Shown here: positions 1 through 10,163 of the stretch, in pieces | How positions within the stretch are numbered: position 1 is the stretch's first letter | Layout of the letters: each line of letters begins with the position of its first letter | Assembly (NCBI GenBank): GCA_016176295.1 | Contig: JACOXN010000008.1 | Coordinates: 4,638-68,637 of the forward strand | Source of the DNA: Candidatus Giovannonibacteria bacterium | GTDB lineage: Bacteria; Patescibacteriota; Minisyncoccia; UBA11713; 2-01-FULL-45-33 | Length of the DNA stretch: 64,000 bases | Reading direction: 5' to 3' | Program-made: the position numbers and the translations under genes | The notes under the pieces: generated by a model | The model's input: the letters and a program-made list of their open reading frames with translations, nothing else | What the model was told of the DNA's origin: nothing | The model's database searches: none

Positions 1-447
1 GTCCATAATCGCATCGTGATCTCCCAAAAGTTCGATGCCGAACTGGTGGAATTCCCGGAGCCTCCCCTTTTGCGGATTTTCATGCCGGAAAAAAGAACCT
101 GAATAATAAAGCTTGACTGGATGCGGCCAGGAAACCATGCCATTCTCCGCATAAGCGCGCACGATGGGAGCGGTCCCTTCCGGACGAAGCGTTAAAGAAT
201 CCCCGCCTTTGGTCTTTAAAGTGTACATTTGTTTTTCCACCACATCGCTTGCATCACCCAACGGCCTCTCAAAAAGTTCAGTGTGCTCCAAATGCGGCGT
301 CTTTATCGGCTGGAAACCGTAAAACTCCGCTATCTCACGGGCCTTTTCCAAAATCTTCTCCTTATAACGGATATCGGCAACAAGCATGTCACGCATGCCT
401 TTTGGGGACCTCACCATTTCTTTTTTTTGCTTTAATTTTTTCGGCAT
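1..447 (-). CDS. hisS: Histidine--tRNA ligase, N-terminal part (runs off window)
   Basis: Manual translation MPKKLKQKKEMVRSPKGMRD...TLRPEGTAPIVRA...FRHENPQKGRLREFHQFGIE; class II HisRS motifs. Confidence 0.95.
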   Translation of the reverse strand, partial: MPKKLKQKKEMVRSPKGMRDMLVADIRYKEKILEKAREIAEFYGFQPIKTPHLEHTELFERPLGDASDVVEKQMYTLKTKGGDSLTLRPEGTAPIVRAYAENGMVSWPHPVKLYYSGSFFRHENPQKGRLREFHQFGIELLGDHDAIMD

Positions 448-451
448 ATTT

Positions 452-1021
452 TTATCCTTTTTTAATGAAACCTAATTTAGTAACCGGCCATAGCCTCAAA
501 AACGCACGGCCGACTATTTTTTCTTTTTTAACCGGGCCCCAAAAGCGGGAATCCGAGCTTTGCGAGCGGTTGTCCCCCAAAACGAAATACTCGTCTTCTT
601 TGAGCACGGTAGACGAGTCCGGCGCAGTTTCGAAATTCTTCGGCAGATACGCCTCCTCAAGCGTTCTTAGCTCTCCCGCCGCATTTTTTATCTCGACTTT
701 GCCGCCTTTGACGACCACCGTCTCTCCCGGCATGCCAATTATGCGTTTTATGAAAAACTCCGCAGGATTAACCGGATAATGGAAAATAATGACTTCCTGC
801 CTTTCCGGTTCGCGCAAAATATAAGAAAGCTCGTCCACTATCAAATATTCGCCGTTATCAAAATTCGGCTCCATCGAAGCCCCCGAAACAATAAAAGGCT
901 GGGCTACAAAAGCCCGTATCGGCAGCACTATGAGGAGCGATATGATAACTATTTTTACGAATTCCCAAAGACCTCCTTTTTCTGAATTTTCATCCGGAGC
1001 CGAAGCTTCCTTTTCGTCCAT
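452..1021 (-). CDS. lepB: Signal peptidase I
   Basis: TM segment, SGASMEP catalytic Ser, IKRIIG Lys, GDNRSQSSDSR box. Confidence 0.95.
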   Translation of the reverse strand: MDEKEASAPDENSEKGGLWEFVKIVIISLLIVLPIRAFVAQPFIVSGASMEPNFDNGEYLIVDELSYILREPERQEVIIFHYPVNPAEFFIKRIIGMPGETVVVKGGKVEIKNAAGELRTLEEAYLPKNFETAPDSSTVLKEDEYFVLGDNRSQSSDSRFWGPVKKEKIVGRAFLRLWPVTKLGFIKKG

Positions 1022-1073
1022 AATTTACCTACTTTACTCTAATTTTACTTACTATGCAAATTGGGATAAGGTA

Positions 1074-1185
1074 AAATGAGCGGAAAAGAAAAATTCGTGG
1101 CCGGTAGCCGAGACCCGACTTTGGGCTGGCCTGAAAGGCCCTAAAATGAGCGTAGGCGCTACGAATTTTTCTTTTCCGCTCATTT
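1074..1185. repeat. Long inverted-repeat element (28-bp arms) between divergent lepB and pth
   Basis: AAATGAGCGGAAAAGAAAAATTCGTGGC (1074-1101) pairs with 1158-1185, one G-U. Confidence 0.85.
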
Positions 1186-1189
1186 GAAC

Positions 1190-1759
1190 ATGAAAAAACT
1201 TACAATTTTAGGTCTCGGAAATCCCGGCGCTGAATACGAAAAAACCAGGCATAACGCCGGCAGAATGGCGGCGGCTTATTTTTCCAAAGCGGCCGATTTT
1301 GAGGATTTCAGGCCCGACAAAAAATCAAATGCCCTCATTGCAGAAGGAAAATTGGCTAATAAGAGCATTATAGTGGCGCTCCCTGAAACTTTCATGAATA
1401 AATCCGGAATTTCGGCCGCAAAACTGCTTCACCCCAAAAAAGATATGCCCGACCTTATAATACTGCACGACGACCTGGATATTCCGCTCGGCCTCTTCAA
1501 AATCTCATTCGCTAAAAATTCCGGCGGGCATAAAGGCGTGGAATCGGTCATGCGGGCCATCAAAACCAAGAATTTTTACCGGGTGCGCATCGGAGTCTCT
1601 CCGAAGAAAAAACCGGATGACGTTATAAAGTTCATAATCGGCAAGTTCAAACCTGCGGAAGAAGCTGAATTCAAAAAAATCCTAAAAAAAGTTTCGCAAG
1701 CGCTGGAAATGATGATAACCGACTCCCCCGAGCGCGCCATGAGCGAGTTTAATAAGTGA
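1190..1759 (+). CDS. pth: Peptidyl-tRNA hydrolase
   Basis: GLGNPG..Y..TRHNAG, PETFMN.SG, HDDLD, GGHKG, RVRIGV motifs. Confidence 0.96.
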   Translation: MKKLTILGLGNPGAEYEKTRHNAGRMAAAYFSKAADFEDFRPDKKSNALIAEGKLANKSIIVALPETFMNKSGISAAKLLHPKKDMPDLIILHDDLDIPLGLFKISFAKNSGGHKGVESVMRAIKTKNFYRVRIGVSPKKKPDDVIKFIIGKFKPAEEAEFKKILKKVSQALEMMITDSPERAMSEFNK

Positions 1760-1777
1760 TATGGAATGGAGAAAAAT

Positions 1778-1817
1778 TTTATAACAATTTTGACCGATCG
1801 GTTTTATCTGTTATAAA
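1778..1817. repeat. 40-bp palindromic repeat, copy 1 (overlaps predicted promoter of PaaX-like gene)
   Basis: TTTATAACAATTTTGACCGATCGGTTTTATCTGTTATAAA; dyad centred at 1797/1798. Confidence 0.85.
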
Positions 1818-1825
1818 GTTCCTTT

Positions 1826-2380
1826 ATGCCTAAAAATTACTTTTTAAGGAACAAAAAACCCACTTTGACAATCCAAATTTTAAAAACCGTCTGTGAGGTG
1901 GGAAGTATAACTATCGATTCATTCTTCCCCGCAAAATACCCGCAAGCAAAACTGGGCAGGAAAATATTCGACATTGACCCCGCACATGAATTCAACAGAG
2001 CCACTTTTTCGGCTATTTTATGGAGATTGCGGAAACAAGGGCTAATTGAGAGAAAACAAAACAAATGGTTGCCGACTGCCCTAGGAAAAAAATCAGCTGA
2101 GAAAACCAAGTTTAATCGGTTCCCTATCGCTAAAAAGGACGGAATAGCTCGGTTGGTAATTTTTGACATCCGGGAAAAAGAGCGGCAAAAAAGAGTTTGG
2201 CTTAGACTGGAGCTTATCGCCAACGACTACAAATTACTCCAAAAAAGTGTTTGGATCGGCTACCGTCCGCTTTCCAAAGGGTTTTTTGAAACGCTGGAGG
2301 ATTTAGGTTTACTAAATTCAGTTCATATATTCAGCATAAATCAAACCGGGACATTAGAATCTTTAAATACAGATTTATAA
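1826..2380 (+). CDS. PaaX-like regulator (wHTH plus Cas2/VapD-like central domain)
   Basis: LWRLRKQGLIE wHTH wing; RLVIFDIREKERQKR.WLR..L...YKLLQKSVWI typical of CPR PaaX-like proteins. Confidence 0.8.
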   Translation: MPKNYFLRNKKPTLTIQILKTVCEVGSITIDSFFPAKYPQAKLGRKIFDIDPAHEFNRATFSAILWRLRKQGLIERKQNKWLPTALGKKSAEKTKFNRFPIAKKDGIARLVIFDIREKERQKRVWLRLELIANDYKLLQKSVWIGYRPLSKGFFETLEDLGLLNSVHIFSINQTGTLESLNTDL

Positions 2381-2413
2381 CAAATTAAGCCGATCGGTTT
2401 TATCTGTTACAAG
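2374..2413. repeat. 40-bp palindromic repeat, copy 2 (contains the PaaX-like stop codon)
   Basis: TTTATAACAAATTAAGCCGATCGGTTTTATCTGTTACAAG; 34/40 identical to copy 1. Confidence 0.85.
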
Positions 2414-2501
2414 TGTTGATTTTTGGCAATAACCTGATAACCTGGAATCACTGGCAGAGGATATAAACAAACTTTTAATAGCCGCGGTTACCCCCTCTCT
2501 T

Positions 2502-4445
2502 TTGGAAAAGGGGGCGGATTGGTTTTTGCACAATTTCAAAGATATAGAAAAAAATCGCCTTCGGGACAGCTGGTGGGAGCGGCATACTTTGATGCTGGAG
2601 GTCGGGCAAAAAATCACTCTTTCCGAATTCGCGAGAAATCTGGCTGATCTGGGCTACGGAAAAGTGTGGGAAGCTTCCTACCGCGGAGAATTTTCTCAGA
2701 AAGGAGGAATTATCCGTATTTTCCCGATAAATTCGGACAAACTCTATTCAATCGAATTTTACGGAAATAGCATCGAAAACATCTCACTTTTCTCGGCATT
2801 TGTAAACTCTTCTGCAGCTCCTCTTCTGAAAGGCAAAAAATCACCCCTTTCCCCTTCGTCCCCTTCCCCCTTACTAAGGGGGAAGGGGCAGGGGTTAGGG
2901 GTATTGCCCGAAGACTATGTCGTCCACATTGACCATGGAATCGGGATTTTCCGCAAAGAAACCGATGAAGATTTCGTAATCGAATATGCCGCTCCCAAAA
3001 ATAGGCTGACGGAACCGGATTTGCTTTACGTACCGAAAAAACACATTGGCCGGATACAACCTTATCTGGGTTTTAAAAAACCGGAAATACACCGCTTAGG
3101 AACGGCGCTTTGGGAGATAACAAAAAAAAGAGCCAAAGAAGATATCATTGAATTTGCCAAAGAACTGATAAAGATACTGGCCGATAGAAAGTTGGCTTCG
3201 CGAGCGGCATATGCTTATTTCCGCGAGCTTGAGGAAAATCTTGAAGCAACTTTCCCTCATGAGGATACAGAAGATCAGAAGCGCGCGATAGAGGAAATAC
3301 GGGAAGACCTGGAAAAAACCGAACCCATGGACCGGCTTTTAGTGGGAGAAGTTGGTTTCGGCAAAACGGAAATAGCGGTACGCTCCGCTTTCAAAGCGGT
3401 GCTCAACAACAAACAGGTTGTCATTCTGGCGCCCACAACCATATTGGCGGACCAGCATACGGAAATTTTTAAAAAACGCCTGGAGGAATTCGGAGTGAAT
3501 ATCGCCAGGTTAACCCGGCTGGAAAAACCTAAGGCGGTTAAAGAAATTTCCAAAGAACTGGAAGCAGGAACAATAGACATCGTTATCGGCACCCACAAAG
3601 TGCTTGGAAAATATCTCAAATTCAAGAACCTCGGCCTTTTGGTGATTGATGAGGAACAAAAATTCGGGGTCGCGCAAAAAGAGCATTTCAAAAAATCATT
3701 CCCTTCATTGGACATTCTGGCGCTATCGGCCACGCCCATTCCGAGGACCTTAAATATGGCTCTTTCGCAAATACAACCCATCTCTTACATCAACACTCCC
3801 CCGCCCGGGCGACAGGACATTAAAACATTCGTTCTCCCGAAGCCAGCCCGTAGCAGAAATAATGTTATTAAGGAAGCGATTGTATTCGAATTAGCGCGCG
3901 GAGGACAAATTTATTTTCTGGCAAACCGCATCCATAAAATACCCAGAATACTGATGGAACTGGAATCATTAAAAACGAAAGCTAAAATCGCGGTGCTTCA
4001 CGGCAGGATGCCGGTGAACCAAATAATACGGACAATGCGCGAGTTCCGGGAGAAAAAATTCGATATGCTGGTTTCCACGACCATAATCGAAAACGGACTC
4101 GACCTTTCGAACGCCAATACGCTGATAGTTGAGGACTCGACCAAGCTGGGGCTAGCCGAATCACATCAGCTCCGCGGGCGCATCGGACGCGGGACAAAAG
4201 AAGGATACGCCTATTTTCTCTATCCGACGCACAAATTAAAGGAGCGCGCGGCCGAAAGACTTGAGGCTTTGGAAAGATACTCCTGGCTGGGAGCCGGGAT
4301 TGAAATTGCAAAACGCGACCTGGAAATTCGCGGTTGCGGCAACATTCTGGGCAAAGCCCAATCCGGAGTTGCCTACAAAATCGGACTTAATCTCTATTTC
4401 CAGCTCCTGGAGGAAGCCGTGGCGGAATTAAAAACCGCGCAATAA
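2502..4445 (+). CDS. mfd: Transcription-repair coupling factor, reduced form (true start may lie slightly upstream; frame open from 2433)
   Basis: YVVHIDHGIG RID domain, GEVGFGKTE Walker A, DEEQKFG, SATPIPRTL, QLRGRIGR, RDLEIRG; no C-terminal TRCF domain. Confidence 0.9.
   Translation: MEKGADWFLHNFKDIEKNRLRDSWWERHTLMLEVGQKITLSEFARNLADLGYGKVWEASYRGEFSQKGGIIRIFPINSDKLYSIEFYGNSIENISLFSAFVNSSAAPLLKGKKSPLSPSSPSPLLRGKGQGLGVLPEDYVVHIDHGIGIFRKETDEDFVIEYAAPKNRLTEPDLLYVPKKHIGRIQPYLGFKKPEIHRLGTALWEITKKRAKEDIIEFAKELIKILADRKLASRAAYAYFRELEENLEATFPHEDTEDQKRAIEEIREDLEKTEPMDRLLVGEVGFGKTEIAVRSAFKAVLNNKQVVILAPTTILADQHTEIFKKRLEEFGVNIARLTRLEKPKAVKEISKELEAGTIDIVIGTHKVLGKYLKFKNLGLLVIDEEQKFGVAQKEHFKKSFPSLDILALSATPIPRTLNMALSQIQPISYINTPPPGRQDIKTFVLPKPARSRNNVIKEAIVFELARGGQIYFLANRIHKIPRILMELESLKTKAKIAVLHGRMPVNQIIRTMREFREKKFDMLVSTTIIENGLDLSNANTLIVEDSTKLGLAESHQLRGRIGRGTKEGYAYFLYPTHKLKERAAERLEALERYSWLGAGIEIAKRDLEIRGCGNILGKAQSGVAYKIGLNLYFQLLEEAVAELKTAQ
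2843..2902. repeat. GC-rich palindromic element in-frame inside mfd
   Basis: CCCCTTCCCCCTTA-C-TAAGGGGGAAGGGG perfect 14-bp arms (2860-2888); encodes SPLSPSSPSPLLRGKGQGLG. Confidence 0.8.
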
Positions 4446-4629
4446 AAATAAACAAAAAAAGTTTTATAGAAATATAAAAAGAAGATTCAAAGTAAAATAT
4501 GCTGCGCTTAATCCAAAGTTATTAAAACAAAAAAGCGACCGGTTTATCCACAAACTTTATGCGAATAAGTCGGCCACGCAAATTAAAGGCTTTAGATTTT
4601 TGTAGGCTGAAAAATCCTTATCCTTATCC

Positions 4630-4821
4630 TTAAGAAAGCCTAAGTGCCGCTTGAGCCTTCCTTATTGCCTTTGCAAAATCCATTAAATTCAATATTGTCG
4701 CCGTGGCATGCTCCGGGCAAAGCCGAATCGAATCAATTGACACGCATGATGGCTTATCACAGCTTCTCATATCTCCATTATCCCATACTCTTTCAGTGCA
4801 TGTCTCATTTTTGGATTTCAT
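4630..4821 (-). CDS. Small Cys/His-rich hypothetical protein (63 aa)
   Basis: AAAGGAG Shine-Dalgarno before ATG at 4821; C...C..C...CPEH pattern. Confidence 0.5.
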   Translation of the reverse strand: MKSKNETCTERVWDNGDMRSCDKPSCVSIDSIRLCPEHATATILNLMDFAKAIRKAQAALRLS

Positions 4822-4962
4822 TTCTCTCACTCCTTTCTTATGAAAGACTAACAAAAATCTAAATCCTCGCCAACACTTTAAAAAATTTAGCAAACTTTTA
4901 TATTTTTGTCAATATATATTGTACAAAAGCAAGCCTAGAAGTATAAGAAAAACCGCTTAGAG

Positions 4963-6168
4963 CTAAGCGCCTACCTGCCGGTCAGGCAGGGTTTTTTCTT
5001 CGTCAGTATCCTTTTTCTTTGGTTTCGGTTCCGCAGAGACGGCCGGCTCTTTTGGCTCATGCTTTTCACCGGGTTTTCCTAGATACGAGAGCGAAAGTTT
5101 TTTGTTCTCCGGCTGATAGACCATTATCTGAAAAACATAGTGTTCACCGACTTTCAGTATTTCACGCATTTTTGACTCAGTACCAAATTCAGAAATATGA
5201 GAAAGACCGTAAATACCGGAGGGCAGCAGAGTGAGAGCGCCGAATTTGTTGAGACGCAGTATCTTACCCTCCACGATATCGCCTTTTTTCTGTTTGTCTT
5301 TGGAAACTTCCCACGGATCGGGCCTCAAAGCTTTGACGGAAAGAGAAATCTTATCTCCTTCGATAACGATTATCTTGGCTTTTACCCGGTCTCCGGCTTT
5401 AAAAAGATTCCTTGGATCTTCCACCAGAGCCCAATCAAGTTCCGAAACGTGCGCCAAGCCCTCCAAACCTTCCTCTATCTTTATGAAAATTCCAAAATCA
5501 ACGACGCCGGTCACTTCGCCTTCCACCGTGTCGCCTATTTTGTATTTCCCCACGATTTCCTTAAGCTCCTCCGATTCTGAGCTCTTTTCTGAGAAAATAA
5601 GCTTGCCCTCCTTCGGTTCAAAATCCAAAATATTCACTGAAATGGTCTCACCCACCAGTTTTTTTAACTCCTCGGAGATCTTATCCTTGTCTCCGCCTTG
5701 CACCCTCGGGTAATGCGAAGCTTTAAGCTGCGAGGCGGGAAGAAATCCTTTCACGTTCTTCCATTCGAGCACCAGACCTCCTTTATTGGAATCAACGACT
5801 TCGAGGTCAATGAATTCTTTAGAGTCCCTGAGTTTAACAGCTTCTTTCCAGACCATTTCTTCTCCAGCTTCCTTGAGTGAAAGTTCCACCATACCGCTAT
5901 CGTTCTCGACTTCCACGATCTTTCCTGCAATCTTTTCCCCAACTTTTAGACTTTTCACCATGTCCCGCGCATTCTGAAATTCGCGGCCATAAATTATACC
6001 CGTGCCGTGCGGGCCCAAATCGAAAAAAACACGGGAGCCGCGCTTTTCCAAAACCACCCCTTCAACTAATTCTCCCACCTTCAAAAACTCCTTGGGGCGA
6101 GTCTTCAAAAGCTGCTCCATTATGTGTGTTGCTGTTTTGTTCGGTTCGGTTGTCGCCGTTTGAGTCAT
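4963..6168 (-). CDS. rpsA: 30S ribosomal protein S1
   Basis: Four S1 repeats (GFLPASQL, FGIFIKI..GLEGLAHVSEL, GLSHISE). Confidence 0.9.
   Translation of the reverse strand: MTQTATTEPNKTATHIMEQLLKTRPKEFLKVGELVEGVVLEKRGSRVFFDLGPHGTGIIYGREFQNARDMVKSLKVGEKIAGKIVEVENDSGMVELSLKEAGEEMVWKEAVKLRDSKEFIDLEVVDSNKGGLVLEWKNVKGFLPASQLKASHYPRVQGGDKDKISEELKKLVGETISVNILDFEPKEGKLIFSEKSSESEELKEIVGKYKIGDTVEGEVTGVVDFGIFIKIEEGLEGLAHVSELDWALVEDPRNLFKAGDRVKAKIIVIEGDKISLSVKALRPDPWEVSKDKQKKGDIVEGKILRLNKFGALTLLPSGIYGLSHISEFGTESKMREILKVGEHYVFQIMVYQPENKKLSLSYLGKPGEKHEPKEPAVSAEPKPKKKDTDEEKTLPDRQVGA
4970..4990. repeat. CCTGCC..CGGCAGGCAGG-type short palindromic repeat forming the rpsA C-terminus
   Basis: CCTACCTGCCGGTCAGGCAGG; related copy at 41148-41167. 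Confidence 0.7.
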
Positions 6169-6234
6169 GTGGTTCTTATTATAATCAGAAAATAAGGCTT
6201 GTCCAGACCCTCTTTCTCTGCTACCATCAGTACC

Positions 6235-6894
6235 ATGGTAATCACCTATTACGGTCTATCCTGTTTTAAAATACAGTCCGGCGACCTCGTGCTTGCAATT
6301 GACCCTTTTACCAGGGATTCCGGTCTTACTACTCCGCGTTTTCAGACGGATATCGCGCTTATTACCCATAAGCACGAAAACCACGGCAATCTCGACACTT
6401 TGAACCCGAAGCCGGAAAAAGAGATTTTTGAAATAACCGGTCCCGGGGAATATGAAGTTCATGGAGTGCGGATAAAAGGGTTCGAATCTTTTCATGACGC
6501 AAAGGAAGGAAAAAATAAAGGCAAGAACGCCATCTATCTCATCGAATGGGAGGATATGAAAATAGCGCACCTTGGAGACTACGGCGAAGCAACTCTGCGG
6601 GCCGAAGTGCAGGAGGCTTTGGATACCCCCGATATAATGTTCGTGCCCGTGGGAGGCGGAGGACACACCATAGATGCCGAAACGGCGGTCAAGCTCATCA
6701 ACCAAGTGAGCCCCAGAATAGTAGTTCCCATGCACTACAAAATCGGTTCGCTGAAAGACAAACTCGACCCGATAGATGACTTTTTGAAAGAAATGGGAGA
6801 AAAAGTTCCCCCGGAAGACCGTCTCTCGATCAAAAAAAGCGGCCTGCCCACGGATGAAGAATCAAGGATAGTGGTATTAAAATTGAATATATAA
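6235..6894 (+). CDS. MBL-fold metallo-hydrolase
   Basis: ITHKHENHG, AHLGD, VPMHY motifs. Confidence 0.85.
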   Translation: MVITYYGLSCFKIQSGDLVLAIDPFTRDSGLTTPRFQTDIALITHKHENHGNLDTLNPKPEKEIFEITGPGEYEVHGVRIKGFESFHDAKEGKNKGKNAIYLIEWEDMKIAHLGDYGEATLRAEVQEALDTPDIMFVPVGGGGHTIDAETAVKLINQVSPRIVVPMHYKIGSLKDKLDPIDDFLKEMGEKVPPEDRLSIKKSGLPTDEESRIVVLKLNI

Positions 6895-6895
6895 T

Positions 6896-7120
6896 ATGGG
6901 GTTAATCGGATTCATCGAACACTTGAGAAATAAGCCCGAAGAAACCAGAAAAGCGATAACGGCCGCCGCAGTTACGGTGATGACGGTGATAATCGTGGGA
7001 ATCTGGCTGCTTACCATCTCGCTTACGCCCGTGGAAAGAGTGAAGGCTGACGCCCCGAAAGAACCTGTCGAGCCTTCCCCTTTTACGCTTTTGTGGAATA
7101 TGTTAAAAGACGCGATATAA
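6896..7120 (+). CDS. Small membrane protein, hypothetical
   Basis: Single TM helix; tightly packed between MBL gene and gyrA. Confidence 0.7.
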   Translation: MGLIGFIEHLRNKPEETRKAITAAAVTVMTVIIVGIWLLTISLTPVERVKADAPKEPVEPSPFTLLWNMLKDAI

Positions 7121-7123
7121 CTT

Positions 7124-9595
7124 ATGCCTAAAAAAGATAACAAAAAAAATCAACCCGAAGAGCATTCTATCGGCACGCTGGCTCCCCGCGAAATAGTCGC
7201 GGAAATGAAAGAATCATATCTGGATTACGCCATGTCCGTTATCGTGGCGCGAGCTCTCCCCGACGTGCGTGACGGCTTGAAGCCGGTTCACCGAAGAATA
7301 CTTTTCGCTATGCATGAAATGGGACTTACCCACCAGTCCAAATTCAAAAAGTCGGCTAATGTAGTCGGGGAAGTTATGGGCAAATACCACCCGCATGGGG
7401 ATTCGGCGATTTACGACACCATGGTCCGCTTGGCGCAGGATTTCTCCCTTCGCTATCCGTTAGTTCAAGGACAGGGAAACTTCGGCTCGATCGACGGGGA
7501 TTCTGCCGCAGCAATGCGTTATACGGAAGCAAGAATGGCCGCCATCGCAGCTGAAATGTTAAAAGACATCGAAAAGGACACAGTTGATTTTATGCCCAAT
7601 TACGATGGCTCTAAAACAGAGCCGTTGGTTTTGCCGGCTACTCTCCCACAGCTTCTCTTGAACGGAACTTTGGGAATTGCAGTCGGAATGGCAACCAACA
7701 TTCCTCCTCATAATATCACCGAAGTTCTTGACGCTACTTTGCATCTTATGGCGCACCCGCGGGCGACCGTCGAGGACTTGGTAGAATATGTGACCGGCCC
7801 GGATTTCCCTACCGGAGGAATGATTTTCAATAAAAAAGATATTTTACAAGCCTACATAACTGGCCGCGGAGGCGTAATAAACCGCGGGGAAGCCGAGATA
7901 GTGGAACGGAAGAATGGGGATTTCCAAATTTTGATAAGCTCCATCCCCTACCAGGTAAACAAAGCCGAGCTCATCATCCGGATGGCGGAGCTGGTTAACG
8001 AAAAAAAATTAGAAGGAATAAGAGACATCCGTGACGAATCGGACAAAGACGGACTCCAAATAGCGATTGAACTGAAACGCGATTCATACCCCCAAAAAGT
8101 TTTGAACGCGATATATAAATTTACCGAAATGGAGCGCGCATTTCATTTCAATATGGTGGCTTTGGTGGACGGTATCCAGCCCCAGACGCTGTCCTTAAAA
8201 GGCATTCTGGAAGAGTTCATCAAGCACCGCCGCATCGTGGTGGAAAGACGGGCCAAATTCGACCTCGCGCGGGCGCTTGACAGGGAACACATTCTTTTGG
8301 GTTTGAAAAAAGCCCTGGACCACATCGACGCTGTCATCAAGATCATCAAAAGTTCAAAGGACCGGGAGGAAGCCCATAAGAACTTGATGAAAAAGTTCGA
8401 TCTATCGGACAAACAATCCACGGCCATATTGGAAATGAGACTGCAGACATTGGCCGGGCTTGAAAGGCAAAAAATAGACGATGAACTCGCGGAAAAACAG
8501 AAACTCATTAAAGAACTGCGGGCTCTTTTGAAAGACCCCGCCAAAATTGACGGCGTAATAAAAGATGAGCTTGCCGAAATAAAGAGAAAATACGGGGATG
8601 AAAGGAAGACCAAGCTGGTAGCGGGTGCGGTAAAGAACCTTTCTGCCGAAGACCTGGTGCCTGAAGAAGAAACCATATTAATTCTCACACAGGGGGGGTA
8701 CGTTAAGCGAATCAGCCCTGACGAATACCGACTCCAAAAAAGAGGAGGAAAAGGCGTTATCGGCATGGCCACCAAAGAAGAAGACGTCGCCTATGAATTC
8801 GCCTACGGAAACACACACTCTGACGTTCTCTTTTTCACGAATTTAGGCAAAGTTTACCAGATAAAAATGTACGAAATACCTGTGGGAACCAGGCAATCCA
8901 AAGGAAAATCGATTTCCAATTTCCTTTCTTTGGCGACCGACGAAAGAGTAACTTCCGTGCTTCCGCTCCAAAAATCCGGCAAAGGGCAGCAAAGCTCGGT
9001 GGTTCTGGGCACCGAGAAAGGAGTCATCAAGAAAGTTAAATCCCCGGATTTTGAAGACGTCCGGCGCTCCGGCATCAAAGCTATCAATCTACAAAAAGGA
9101 GACACTTTGCGCTGGGCCAGGGTTTCCTCAGCCGGCGACGAAATAATACTTTCCACGAAACTGGGCCAAGCCATCAGATTCAAGGAAAAAGACGTAAGGG
9201 AAATGGGGAGAGCCGCACAGGGCATTCGCGGCATGCGCCTCAAAAAGAACGACGAGATAGTCGGCCTGGACGTAATCCCCAAAGACGCCAAGAACCTGGA
9301 AATATTCTCGATGTCGGAACTGGGTTACGGCAAAAAGACTCCGGTTGTCCAATACAGGCTTCAAAAAAGGGGCGGCTCCGGAATTAAAACCGTAAAACTT
9401 ACCCCAAAAACCGGCTCATTGGTTTCCGTGCAAGTAGCCAAAGAAGAAAAGGAAGAAATAATTGTCATTTCCAAAAAAGGCCAGGTCATCCGCGCCTCAC
9501 TCTCACAAATCCCGACTTTAGGCCGCGCCACCCAGGGCGTCCGAGTAATGAAACTCGACAAACCCGACGGCATCGCCTCGGTCACGATATTCTAG
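7124..9595 (+). CDS. gyrA: DNA gyrase subunit A
   Basis: [30 protein letters not shown] catalytic Tyr, GyrA-box QKRGGKG. Confidence 0.98.
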   Translation: MPKKDNKKNQPEEHSIGTLAPREIVAEMKESYLDYAMSVIVARALPDVRDGLKPVHRRILFAMHEMGLTHQSKFKKSANVVGEVMGKYHPHGDSAIYDTMVRLAQDFSLRYPLVQGQGNFGSIDGDSAAAMRYTEARMAAIAAEMLKDIEKDTVDFMPNYDGSKTEPLVLPATLPQLLLNGTLGIAVGMATNIPPHNITEVLDATLHLMAHPRATVEDLVEYVTGPDFPTGGMIFNKKDILQAYITGRGGVINRGEAEIVERKNGDFQILISSIPYQVNKAELIIRMAELVNEKKLEGIRDIRDESDKDGLQIAIELKRDSYPQKVLNAIYKFTEMERAFHFNMVALVDGIQPQTLSLKGILEEFIKHRRIVVERRAKFDLARALDREHILLGLKKALDHIDAVIKIIKSSKDREEAHKNLMKKFDLSDKQSTAILEMRLQTLAGLERQKIDDELAEKQKLIKELRALLKDPAKIDGVIKDELAEIKRKYGDERKTKLVAGAVKNLSAEDLVPEEETILILTQGGYVKRISPDEYRLQKRGGKGVIGMATKEEDVAYEFAYGNTHSDVLFFTNLGKVYQIKMYEIPVGTRQSKGKSISNFLSLATDERVTSVLPLQKSGKGQQSSVVLGTEKGVIKKVKSPDFEDVRRSGIKAINLQKGDTLRWARVSSAGDEIILSTKLGQAIRFKEKDVREMGRAAQGIRGMRLKKNDEIVGLDVIPKDAKNLEIFSMSELGYGKKTPVVQYRLQKRGGSGIKTVKLTPKTGSLVSVQVAKEEKEEIIVISKKGQVIRASLSQIPTLGRATQGVRVMKLDKPDGIASVTIF

Positions 9596-9622
9596 AAAAA
9601 CAAAATCTGCTATAATAGACGC

Positions 9623-10156
9623 ATGGCCGAGTCATTTTTGAGACCCCAGGATGCCATTGAAATATGGGACGTGCGTCCGGGAGAAAAGATTGCCGACTTC
9701 GGATGCGGAGCAGGCTATTTTTCAGTGCCTTTGGGCCAAAGAGTGGGCACTGGAGGCCGGGTTTATGCATTGGATATCAGACCAGAGTCCCTGGAAGCAA
9801 CCCGCGCTAAAGCCAAGCTTTTCCGCGTCTACAGCGTCGAAACCTCACAGGCTAACCTGGAAAACGCCGGCGGTTCGGGGCTTCGCGAAGAAAGCGTGAA
9901 TAAAATAATAATTTCCAACATCCTTTTCCAGACCCAGCACAAACAGGGCCTCGCCCAGGAAGCTTACCGCGTATTGAAACCCGGCGGCACCATTATGGTG
10001 ATTGAGTGGAGCGAAGAAAAGAATTCGGGCGGTCCTCCGCTCGCCGACAGGGTGAACCGCGAGGAAGCGGAAAAATATTTTCTAACCGCGGGCTTTGTCT
10101 TTTACAAGGAATTTTCGGCCGGCTCCCACCATTACGGTTTAATTTTCAAGAAATAA
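9623..10156 (+). CDS. Class I SAM-dependent methyltransferase
   Basis: IADFGCGAG motif I; RVLKPGG. Confidence 0.85.
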   Translation: MAESFLRPQDAIEIWDVRPGEKIADFGCGAGYFSVPLGQRVGTGGRVYALDIRPESLEATRAKAKLFRVYSVETSQANLENAGGSGLREESVNKIIISNILFQTQHKQGLAQEAYRVLKPGGTIMVIEWSEEKNSGGPPLADRVNREEAEKYFLTAGFVFYKEFSAGSHHYGLIFKK

Positions 10157-10163
10157 AGCAAAC

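Noticed and set aside
1778..2413. CRISPR array or cas2 locus
   Set aside because: Only two repeats, separated by a whole gene; no spacers or other cas genes. The Cas2-like segment fits a PaaX-like protein.
4446..4960. Replication origin
   Set aside because: AT-rich with a single perfect DnaA box; no box cluster and no dnaA/dnaN nearby.
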